A DNA stretch of 42,388 nt from Deltaproteobacteria bacterium RIFCSPLOWO2_02_FULL_50_16 (GCA_001798715.1 MGSF01000076.1:1-42388); one strand, 5' to 3'; counted from the first letter of the stretch, positions 1-7,510 are shown. Notes: a model not told the origin generated them from the sequence alone. Translations and numbers: made by a program.

Positions 1-4
1 ACAC
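1..4 (-). CDS. Probable start of elongation factor Tu (gene runs off the left edge)
   Basis: Minus strand reads AAAAGGAGGTTTACC-GTG: strong SD (11-16) and GTG at 4-2. It lies downstream of the Thr-Tyr-Gly-Thr tRNA cluster that classically precedes tufB. Identity is from synteny only. Confidence 0.55.
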
Positions 5-118
5 GGTAAACCTCCTTTTAGAGCCTGTTAGTCTCAAGTCCGTTGAAGGACTTGAGGCGTTACAGGCTTTTATCCCGACTCGTTTCAAAGAAACGAATCG
101 GGGTTAAAAATTAAATTG

Positions 119-222
119 TTACTAACAGTCCCGAAATTGTATAGACATTTGGGAACTGTTAGTATTACAGGACCGGCTGTTAGCCCTATTGGGCTGTCCA
201 TATTATTTCGGTCCTGTTAATA
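119..222. repeat. 104-bp double-hairpin (MITE-like) repeat, copy 1
   Basis: Direct repeat of 1526-1629 with about 5 mismatches. It is made of two TA-bounded inverted repeats: TACTAACAGT...ACTGTTAGTA and TATTACAGGACCG...CGGTCCTGTTAATA. Confidence 0.9.
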
Positions 223-258
223 ATTTAATTCTTCATCTCGTCCCAAATCTATTTTTCT

Positions 259-455
259 GCACCGTTTCGCTCCCGCGAAACGGTGCGGCGACGTACAGTC
301 TCCGCAAACTTAACTCTTATCTTGGTACCAACTCGCTCCCTTCGCGCCTCTGGCGCTTCAGGGTCTCAGCGCTCTGCGCTGGGATCGTTCGTTGGTACAG
401 CACTTTTCTACACTTTGCGGCGACGTACAGTCTCCGCCAAGTGTGAAAAGTGCTG
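259..455. repeat. Hairpin array in the 3' trailer of tRNA-Thr(GGT)
   Basis: Stems at 259-286 (GCACCGTTTCGC/GCGAAACGGTGC), 284-306, 325-398 (branched) and 398-455. GCGGCGACGTACAGTCTCCGC occurs at both 285-305 and 417-437. Confidence 0.85.
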
Positions 456-528
456 AGCCGACACGCGGAATCGAACCGCGGACCTTCTCCTTACCATGGA
501 GATGCTCTGCCAACTGAGCTATGTCGGC
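456..528 (-). tRNA. thrT: tRNA-Thr(GGT)
   Basis: Reverse complement GCCGACATAGCTCAGTTGGCAGAGCATCTCCATGGTAAGGAGAAGGTCCGCGGTTCGATTCCGCGTGTCGGCT folds as a cloverleaf with anticodon GGT and TTCGA T-loop. No encoded CCA. Confidence 0.97.
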
Positions 529-1020
529 GCAAATTAATCTCCTTGCCCCATCTCGTTTCACGAGACGAAACCAGCTCTCGTACGATTTGCGTGCGTTCTC
601 CGAAGGAGAACCCTATAACACCCACTTCCTTACACTGTCCCGTGAAGCCGTTTGGTTTCGACGAGTTCAACGAGGAAGAAACCATTACGGATTCACGCAC
701 CGTTTCGCCCATCGCGCCTCGTATCGCATCTCTGATGCTTCAAATGCACTTGAGCACTGCGAAAGTGCTGGCGCTTCGACGTAGTCGTCCCAGCACTCTG
801 TGCTGGGGTTGTTCAACGGTGCCAGCTTCCGTAAGATTTGCGTGCGTTCTCCGAAGGAGAACCCTATAATACCCACTTCCTTACACTGTCCCGCAAAGCG
901 GGACGCCGGCGTAAAGCCGTCGCAAATTGATCTCCTCGCCCCGTCTCGTGAAACGAGACGGGACCAGCTCTCGTACGATTTGCGAGGACGCAGGATCCTC
1001 GCAAATCAACGGAAGCTGGG
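529..1020. repeat. Nested hairpin/repeat mosaic between tRNA-Gly and tRNA-Thr(GGT)
   Basis: Internal repeats: 528-591 vs 921-984; 584-642 vs 835-893 (59 nt, 1 mismatch); 636-708 vs 1653-1725 (73 nt, 2 mismatches). Segments 822-842, 906-927 and 1007-1019 together reproduce hairpin 1741-1796. Confidence 0.9.
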
Positions 1021-1093
1021 AGCGGGAGACGAGGTTCGAACTCGCGACCCTCAGCTTGGAAGGCTGATGCTCTACCAACTGAGCTACTCCCGC
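1021..1093 (-). tRNA. glyT: tRNA-Gly(TCC)
   Basis: Reverse complement GCGGGAGTAGCTCAGTTGGTAGAGCATCAGCCTTCCAAGCTGAGGGTCGCGAGTTCGAACCTCGTCTCCCGCT; anticodon TCC. Followed by CCC rather than CCA. Confidence 0.97.
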
Positions 1094-1330
1094 AAATCCG
1101 TTCGGTTTCTGCAAGCCTAGCGTCCCGAAGTCAGAGACTTCAGGACCTGATGGGCCAGAGGCCCTGATCCGAGCAAGAAACCGTTACGGATTTGCGTCCC
1201 ACATGCTTCATAATTACAAGCATGTGGGACGCGTGGCCTTCTTCGCGGCACCGATTCGCTCCCGCGAAACGGGGCCTTATTCCGTACGCCTTGCGCCGAC
1301 GTAAAGTCGTCGCAAGGCTACGGAATAAGG
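1094..1330. repeat. Hairpin array between tRNA-Tyr and tRNA-Gly
   Basis: Stems at 1091-1196 (with two inner AGA-loop hairpins), 1194-1232, 1248-1275 and 1275-1330. Confidence 0.85.
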
Positions 1331-1413
1331 TGGAGGGAGAAGGATTCGAACCTTCGAAGGCATACGCCGGCAGATTTACAGTCTGCTCCCTTTGGCCTCT
1401 CGGGCATCCCTCC
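1331..1413 (-). tRNA. tyrU: tRNA-Tyr(GTA)
   Basis: Reverse complement GGAGGGATGCCCGAGAGGCCAAAGGGAGCAGACTGTAAATCTGCCGGCGTATGCCTTCGAAGGTTCGAATCCTTCTCCCTCCA; anticodon GTA, long variable arm. Followed by CCT. Confidence 0.97.
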
Positions 1414-1525
1414 AGCAGTTCGTTAGTTTTGCGGCGATCTTGCATCGACGCAAAACTTATGAACTGCTGGTCCTCAGCCGAAGGCTGAGGGCCCGGAAGT
1501 CAAACGAATCACTCCCCACCAGATC

Positions 1526-1629
1526 TTACTAACAGTCTCAAAATTGTATAGACATTTGGGGACTGTCAGTATTACAGGACCGGCTGTTAGCCCTATCGGG
1601 CTGTCCATATTATTTCGGTCCTGTTAATA
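1526..1629. repeat. 104-bp double-hairpin (MITE-like) repeat, copy 2
   Basis: Direct repeat of 119-222. Confidence 0.9.
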
Positions 1630-1657
1630 GTTAACTTTTAAAAAAACTTTTTTGTCC

Positions 1658-1796
1658 CGTGAAGCCGTTTGGTTTCGACGAGTTCAACGAAGAAAAAACC
1701 ATTACGGATTCACGCACCGTTTCGCTTCCGCGAAACGGTGCCAGCTTCCGTAAGATTTGCGCCGGCGTAAAGCCGTCGCAAATCAACGGAAGCTGG
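1658..1796. repeat. Three abutting hairpins in the 3' trailer of tRNA-Thr(TGT)
   Basis: Stems at 1658-1714, 1714-1741 and 1741-1796, each sharing one nucleotide with the next. Homologous to 641-1019. Confidence 0.9.
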
Positions 1797-1797
1797 G

Positions 1798-1870
1798 AGC
1801 CGACGCCCGGAATCGAACCGGGGACCTACTGATTACAAATCAGTCGCTCTACCTACTGAGCTACATCGGC
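1798..1870 (-). tRNA. thrU: tRNA-Thr(TGT)
   Basis: Reverse complement GCCGATGTAGCTCAGTAGGTAGAGCGACTGATTTGTAATCAGTAGGTCCCCGGTTCGATTCCGGGCGTCGGCT; anticodon TGT. Followed by CCC. Confidence 0.97.
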
Positions 1871-2041
1871 GTGCATCATTTTCCAAATTACTGCACCGCC
1901 TCCTGAAAAAAAATAAACTCTTCCCTCGCGACCGGATCGTTAAAAAAACAAATTGCATCACAGCGACCTAGTCCATTGGAATTATTACAGTCTTCGAGCT
2001 TTGGTAAACCCTTTAATTTTGAAAATCGAAAAAGCCGTGGA

Positions 2042-2070
2042 TATATAATGGCATTCCCAACAATTGTCAA
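2042..2070 (-). promoter_or_regulatory. Putative sigma70 promoter of the tRNA-tuf operon
   Basis: TTGACA-N17-TATATA on the minus strand. Confidence 0.55.
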
Positions 2071-2079
2071 TAAGTTTTG

Positions 2080-2853
2080 TCAAGAAGGTTTGTGGATTTT
2101 TTCCAACAGTTTTAAGGACTTAAAGATCTCGTACATTCCAATGGCCCCGGCGACAGAGGCATTGAGTGACTGAATCCATCCCATCGTTGAAAATGTAAGT
2201 AAAAAGTCACATTTTTCCTGAACAAGTCGCCGAATCCCCTTCCCCTCACTCCCCACGACCAGGGCCACCCGGTCTCCGAATTCTTGCTCGGAAAAATCCC
2301 CTCCCCCCTGGGGCACTAATCCATAAATCCAAAATCCTATTTCCTTCAAAAAATCAATGGTTTGAGCTAGATTTGTGACAGAAACGATGGAGAGGTATTC
2401 GGTGGCCCCTGCCGATGCCTTAACCACTGAGGCCTCCAGGGGTGGGGTCCTTTGAGAAGGGAGGATGACCCAGCGAACCCCAAAACAAGAGGCCGAACGT
2501 AACAAGGCCCCGAGATTTTGTGGGTCTTGGATCTCATCCAATATGAGGATAAAATGGACCTTTTTTTCAACCTTGATGGCCGAGGCAAGATCCTCAAGAC
2601 CGAGTAAAGGACAGGGATCCACTTGGGCCATAACCCCTTGATGGACCTCAATAGGAGATGTCTTCTGGAAAAAAGACCTCGGATACCATTGAAGTGGGAT
2701 GTTGGCCTTAACCGCCAATTTTTCAATCTCCCCATCGATCGCCCCCTTCCCCTTTGACCCCTCCTTCTCTAGTAAGGCTATTTGATAGGTCTTTCGCCGA
2801 CCTGCCCGTAGGACCTCAAGGACAGGATGATATCCTGCAATCCAAGATTTCAT
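2080..2853 (-). CDS. rlmB: 23S rRNA (guanosine-2251-2'-O)-methyltransferase, SpoU/TrmH family
   Basis: Motifs HQGV, LDEIQDPQNLGALLRSA, KASAGA, VGSEGKG, SLNASVA. Confidence 0.92.
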   Translation of the reverse strand: MKSWIAGYHPVLEVLRAGRRKTYQIALLEKEGSKGKGAIDGEIEKLAVKANIPLQWYPRSFFQKTSPIEVHQGVMAQVDPCPLLGLEDLASAIKVEKKVHFILILDEIQDPQNLGALLRSASCFGVRWVILPSQRTPPLEASVVKASAGATEYLSIVSVTNLAQTIDFLKEIGFWIYGLVPQGGGDFSEQEFGDRVALVVGSEGKGIRRLVQEKCDFLLTFSTMGWIQSLNASVAGAIGMYEIFKSLKLLEKIHKPS

Positions 2854-2859
2854 AAATCC

Positions 2860-2976
2860 TATGGTTTATTAACTTTCAATGAGTACAATTTAAAATAACC
2901 AACCATAAGTACCTGCAAAATTGATAAGCAGGCTTTTTATCCGCACTACCCGTACGAATAAAAAGTTGAAATGCTA
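2860..2976. repeat. Dispersed AT-rich MITE-like palindromic element, copy 1
   Basis: TATGGTTTATTAACTTTCA.TGAGTACA...ACCAACCATAAGTA and the terminal AAAGTTGAAATGCTA are shared with 17526-17626. Confidence 0.8.
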
Positions 2977-3013
2977 TATAAAGCCGATGAGGTCCTTTTC
3001 GTCAAGAGGGGAT

Positions 3014-3050
3014 AAAAAAAGCCCTCATCCGGTTAAAGCCAGATGAGGAC
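3014..3050 (-). terminator. Rho-independent terminator after the 111-aa ORF
   Basis: GTCCTCATCTGG/CCGGATGAGGGC hairpin followed by T7 on the minus strand. Confidence 0.75.
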
Positions 3051-3082
3051 TCAAAGGGGCATAGGGAAGGAAATAAAAAAAA

Positions 3083-3418
3083 TTAAGCGTGATGTCCGAT
3101 GTGAAAAAATTCTCTTTTTTGCGCCTCTAAATCAGCCTCAATGTCTACAACAGATTGAGGGGCCTCATTCCACAATTTCTTTCGGGCATGGAAATAGGCA
3201 TCCCGAAGGGCCTCCATCCGAATAGACAATTCCTCTTGTTTCATCAGACAATCCGTCTTTTCATATTCTAATTGTGTATAGGCGTGATTTAAGGAACTAT
3301 TCAACATGATCATCTTGAGATTGGTGTGATGGGTCTTCTCCTCCGCCGAAACAACAATCTTGACGATATGGGTCTCTTTCTCTTCTTCGAGGATGGAGTC
3401 TTTAACTTCGAAATCCAT
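3083..3418 (-). CDS. Hypothetical protein (111 aa, helical/coiled-coil-like)
   Basis: ATG ORF with GAAGGGG SD-like sequence, upstream sigma54 promoter and downstream terminator. Confidence 0.75.
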   Translation of the reverse strand: MDFEVKDSILEEEKETHIVKIVVSAEEKTHHTNLKMIMLNSSLNHAYTQLEYEKTDCLMKQEELSIRMEALRDAYFHARKKLWNEAPQSVVDIEADLEAQKREFFHIGHHA

Positions 3419-3448
3419 AATGTTTAAGCCCCTTCATTAATAGATGTA

Positions 3449-3465
3449 AGCAAACTCCTTGCCAA
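3449..3465 (-). promoter_or_regulatory. Sigma54 (-24/-12) promoter
   Basis: TTGGCAAGGAGTTTGCT has GG-N10-GC. IHF-like site TGATTTCAATATATTACA at 3489-3506. Confidence 0.75.
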
Positions 3466-3626
3466 AACCCCTCTTTAAGTACATCCTCTGTAATATATTG
3501 AAATCATTTGATAATTTACAAAAAACTATCAAATCTCTTAAAAAGGGCTTGAGGGAAATTGGGGGGGGCCATACCCCATTTTGGGGGGGTGGCGCCTCAC
3601 TCAAGGGTCATGATTAAGGGGGAGGA

Positions 3627-4742
3627 CTAAGTGATCAATCGCTTAATTTCGGTCTTGAGACGGGGCAAAATGTCCTCGTAGGAAAAACGCCCTAAGAATT
3701 CATCCTTGCGTTTTAGATTCACAAAGGTAGGGGAACACCACAAACCCAGATCCGCATCATCTGTCTCTCCAGGACCATTCACTCGGCATCCCATGATAGC
3801 AATGGTCAATTTGTGACTTTTGGCAAAAACAGCCATGTCTTTCACCTTCTGAGCCAATTCAACAAACTTCTCATTTTCCACACGGGAACAAGAAGGACAT
3901 GAAATAATATTCAGACCCGCATTCTCATAATAAGAAACCGATCGAAAACGCCCATTTTGGATATCCTCGATGATCCCACGAGCCACATAAATCTCCTGCC
4001 CTTTCTCCTCAAAAGGGACCGTCAAGGAGACGCGGACGGTATCTCCGATCCCCTGAGAGAGAAGCTGCTCAAAGGCAACACGTGTCTTGATCACCCCTTC
4101 CGGAGGCAAACCGGCTTCGGTCACACCCAGATGGAGGGGAACAGAAGGACAGAGGAGATGAAAACGTTTATTGACCGCAACAACCCTGTTGGGATCCGAA
4201 TCTTTTAGGGAAACAAGATAATTTTTAAATCCAAGCTTGTCCAATATTTCACAATTTTCTATGGCAGAACTGACAATGGCCTTTTCATGATCCTTGGGAT
4301 AGCGCTCCAACCATTCGGGGTCCACGGACCCGCAATTGACACCCACTCGGAGGGCACAGTTGTGTGGGGCAACCTTTTCTACAATCCAGGCCACCTTGTC
4401 TTGTTTGCTCTTTCCCTTTTCATGATGATGGAGATGTCCGGGATTATAACGAATTTTTTGGACTAATGGAGCCAGGAATTCTGCTAAACGATAACTTTCC
4501 TGCAAATCAACCACCAAGGGGGTCTTTGCCTCCTCCCTCAATATCTTCAGGGCCTCAACATCTTTCTGACTGTCAATGGCTATGCGAATGAGATCCGCAC
4601 CGGCCTTCTCCAAAATCGCTATTTGACGCCTGGTCCCCTCAATATCCTGCGTCCTGGTCGCTGCCATACTCTGGACCAAGATGGGATTCTGTCCCCCCAA
4701 CTTCACGGATCCTATTTTAATTTCACGACTCTGGCGCTGCAT
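3627..4742 (-). CDS. ispG: (E)-4-hydroxy-3-methylbut-2-enyl-diphosphate synthase
   Basis: Motifs [61 protein letters not shown]. Start set at MQRQSRE, after the pyrF stop; the ORF track extends to 4784. Confidence 0.93.
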   Translation of the reverse strand: MQRQSREIKIGSVKLGGQNPILVQSMAATRTQDIEGTRRQIAILEKAGADLIRIAIDSQKDVEALKILREEAKTPLVVDLQESYRLAEFLAPLVQKIRYNPGHLHHHEKGKSKQDKVAWIVEKVAPHNCALRVGVNCGSVDPEWLERYPKDHEKAIVSSAIENCEILDKLGFKNYLVSLKDSDPNRVVAVNKRFHLLCPSVPLHLGVTEAGLPPEGVIKTRVAFEQLLSQGIGDTVRVSLTVPFEEKGQEIYVARGIIEDIQNGRFRSVSYYENAGLNIISCPSCSRVENEKFVELAQKVKDMAVFAKSHKLTIAIMGCRVNGPGETDDADLGLWCSPTFVNLKRKDEFLGRFSYEDILPRLKTEIKRLIT

Positions 4743-4752
4743 AGATGTTTTC

Positions 4753-5730
4753 TTAGTGGGAGAGAGGGGGTTCGCCATTTTCATCTATTTTCAATGTCGT
4801 CTCCTCTTTAGTCACAGAATCCTCAGTCGTCTCTACTGGGGATGCCGAAGGAGTCCCCTCGGGAACAGGGATTTCGGGGGTCTCCCGAATTTCAATCGGT
4901 CGATCTTGCGGTGTCATCTGTTGGGAGGAGACAGCATTGTCGCCCCCCTCTTCTTGAAGACCTTCTCCTTGAGAAAGCACTTGATCAGAAACTTCTTCTT
5001 CTTTCACAGGAGGGGTCCACCCTTCCATATCATGAATGGAGGCATTAATGATTTGCACGACCCGTAAGGGATCTTCCGCCTTAGTAATGGGACGACCCAC
5101 CACAATATAATCGGCACCCGCCTTGATGGCAGCCGCTGGGGTGGCAATGCGTTTTTGATCATCCGGCTCCTGATCGGGGAGGCGAATCCCCGGGGTCACG
5201 ATGACAAAGTTGTCTCCACATTCACGCCTGACCGCCTCAATCTCCTGTGGGGAACATACCACTCCATCAGCACCGGCCTCCTTGGCCATCAAGGCCAATT
5301 TCAACACCAAATCCTTTGTCTCTGCAGCAAGTCCAATCTCGCCGAGATTGCTCGAGCTGGTGAGAACAGTCACGGCTAGGAGGAGAGGTTTGCGAATCTC
5401 CAATTTTTCTGCGATATTTCCCGTGGCATCCACGGCCCGCTCGATCATCTCCCGCCCTCCCAGGGCATGAACGTTGAGCATGGATACGCCCTTTTTGGTC
5501 GCCTCCATGCAAGCCTTGCCCACCGTTGCAGGGACATCAAAAAATTTAAGATCCAAAAACGTTTTCAGATGACTCTTGTGTAAATAGCTAATAATCTTCG
5601 AACCTGCAGAAGTAAAGAGCTGGAGACCCACCTTAAAAAAAGTGACATCCTTCTTCAACTGGCGAATCAACTCCTTGGCATCGTCTTCTGTAGAAACATC
5701 GAGGGCCACTATTAATTTTTCACTACGCAT
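4753..5730 (-). CDS. pyrF: Orotidine-5'-phosphate decarboxylase with acidic C-terminal extension
   Basis: Motifs [42 protein letters not shown]. Confidence 0.95.
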   Translation of the reverse strand: MRSEKLIVALDVSTEDDAKELIRQLKKDVTFFKVGLQLFTSAGSKIISYLHKSHLKTFLDLKFFDVPATVGKACMEATKKGVSMLNVHALGGREMIERAVDATGNIAEKLEIRKPLLLAVTVLTSSSNLGEIGLAAETKDLVLKLALMAKEAGADGVVCSPQEIEAVRRECGDNFVIVTPGIRLPDQEPDDQKRIATPAAAIKAGADYIVVGRPITKAEDPLRVVQIINASIHDMEGWTPPVKEEEVSDQVLSQGEGLQEEGGDNAVSSQQMTPQDRPIEIRETPEIPVPEGTPSASPVETTEDSVTKEETTLKIDENGEPPLSH

Positions 5731-7438
5731 TCAAAACCTCCACTATTTTATCGACGACCATTTTTACCGAGAGGGTCTGTTTTTGACCCGTCCGTCTTTC
5801 CTTAATTTCGACTTCTTGTCGGGCCAGGGATTTGGCCCCAATGATAATCACCCAAGGAATCCCAATAAGATCTGCATCCTTAAACTTGACACCCGGGCTT
5901 TCGTTTCTGTCGTCTATTAAGACATCGATACCCTTTTCTGTCAACTTCTCATAGATCTTTTGGGCCTCCCTTAAGACTTCATCCTCCCCTTTATGGAGGG
6001 ACAGGATTTCCACGGAAAATGGGGCCATGGGAAGGGGCCAAATGATCCCATGCTCATCGTGATTCTGCTCGATGGCCGCAGCTGCTGTGCGCCCCACCCC
6101 AATCCCATAACATCCCATAAAGGCGGTCTTTTCTTTGCCATTTTCATCAAGAAAGCGCACCCCCATGGGTGTGGAATACTTGGTCCCCAAATAAAAAACC
6201 TGCCCGACTTCAATCCCACGGTGGCTTTGATAACGTCCCTTCTCACAACGGGGACAGGAATCCCCTTTTTGAACCCGGCGAAGATCGGCAAATCTTTCCA
6301 CCTTAAAATCACGATCTAAGTTGGCATTGACCCAATGGACCTCTGCCTCATTGGCCCCGACGACAAAATTTTTCATCGACCGCACCGATTCATCGGCATA
6401 AAGTGAAATCCCTTTTAGACCTATCGGACCCGAATAACCACAAGGACCTCCCGTCACCTTCTGAACAGTCTTCTCATCAGCGAGCTGCATGGTGGCCCCA
6501 TTTAGCAAGGACTGCAGTTTTCCCTCACTCACCTCATGATCGCCGCGAATGAGAACAGCCACCGCCGATTGATCCTGTTCCAAGACATAGATAAGGGTCT
6601 TCACCAAATGATAGGGTTTCAAATTGAGAAACTGCGCCACTTCCTCGACAGATGTCTTTTGGGGTGTGGTTACTTTTTCACAAACCAACAACTCCGATGT
6701 CTTCTGACCCTGGGCCTCTGATCGGACCTGGGCCTTGTCGGCATTGGCCGCATAGTCACAATGATCGCAAGAGAGGATTTCATCCTCCCCGGAAGAGGCC
6801 AAGACCTGAAATTCATGGGAGACATTGCCTCCAATCGCCCCCGATAGGGCCTCCACCGAACGATACTGCAGGCCACATCGATCAAAAATGCGCCGATAGG
6901 CCTTCTCCATCTGCCGATAGGTCTCCATGGCCTTTTCCTCACTCACGTCAAAACTGTAGGCGTCCTTCATGATAAACTCGCGTCCCCTCATCAATCCAAA
7001 ACGAGGGCGGATTTCATCGCGAAATTTGGTCTGGATTTGATAAAGATTCAAGGGGAGTTGGCGATAGGATCTCAATTCCCCAGCCACAAGTGAGGTGATG
7101 GCCTCCTCGTGGGTCGGACCCACGCAATAATCGCGTTCATGGCGATCCTTGAGTCGCAAAAGCTCCTTGCCATAAACCTTCCATCGGCCGCTCTGATCCC
7201 AGAGTTCACGGGGCATAATGATGGGCAGCAAGACCTCGGTGGCCCCCGCCGCATTCATCTCTTCACGGATAATATCTTCGATTTTACGAAGGACACGCAG
7301 GCCCAGGGGAAGATAATTATAGATCCCCGCTGCCACCTTCCGGATAAAACCGGCCCTCACCATGAGCTGATGGCTCACGACCTCCGCATCGGAGGGTGCC
7401 TCGCGCAAGGTCTGAATAAAGAACTGGGACCACTTCAC
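5723..7438 (-). CDS. proS: Proline--tRNA ligase (bacterial type with editing domain)
   Basis: Motifs GPTHEE, QIQTKFRDEIRPRFGLMRGREFIMKDAYSF, MGCYGIGVGR, GVKFKDADLIG. Confidence 0.97.
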   Translation of the reverse strand: MKWSQFFIQTLREAPSDAEVVSHQLMVRAGFIRKVAAGIYNYLPLGLRVLRKIEDIIREEMNAAGATEVLLPIIMPRELWDQSGRWKVYGKELLRLKDRHERDYCVGPTHEEAITSLVAGELRSYRQLPLNLYQIQTKFRDEIRPRFGLMRGREFIMKDAYSFDVSEEKAMETYRQMEKAYRRIFDRCGLQYRSVEALSGAIGGNVSHEFQVLASSGEDEILSCDHCDYAANADKAQVRSEAQGQKTSELLVCEKVTTPQKTSVEEVAQFLNLKPYHLVKTLIYVLEQDQSAVAVLIRGDHEVSEGKLQSLLNGATMQLADEKTVQKVTGGPCGYSGPIGLKGISLYADESVRSMKNFVVGANEAEVHWVNANLDRDFKVERFADLRRVQKGDSCPRCEKGRYQSHRGIEVGQVFYLGTKYSTPMGVRFLDENGKEKTAFMGCYGIGVGRTAAAAIEQNHDEHGIIWPLPMAPFSVEILSLHKGEDEVLREAQKIYEKLTEKGIDVLIDDRNESPGVKFKDADLIGIPWVIIIGAKSLARQEVEIKERRTGQKQTLSVKMVVDKIVEVLNA

Positions 7439-7510
7439 AATCGACTCCTTTTATTAACAGGATGTAGCCCATATAATAGAAGAATGCAAGGGCAGGAATG
7501 GAGGACGGTT

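Noticed and set aside
189-1488. Short ORFs across the tRNA region
   Set aside because: They overlap tRNA genes and palindromes. Their repeated peptides only reflect the DNA repeats.
119-1796. CRISPR array
   Set aside because: The repeats are of several families, irregularly spaced and nested, with no constant repeat-spacer period and no cas genes in the window.
398-1796. Integron attC sites (56-59 nt imperfect palindromes)
   Set aside because: They lack the RYYYAAC/GTTRRRY ends, flank tRNAs rather than cassette ORFs, and no integrase is present.
398-1796. Post-tRNA hairpins as intrinsic terminators
   Set aside because: No U-tract follows them on the transcribed strand, they are internal to an operon, and they are longer than typical terminators.
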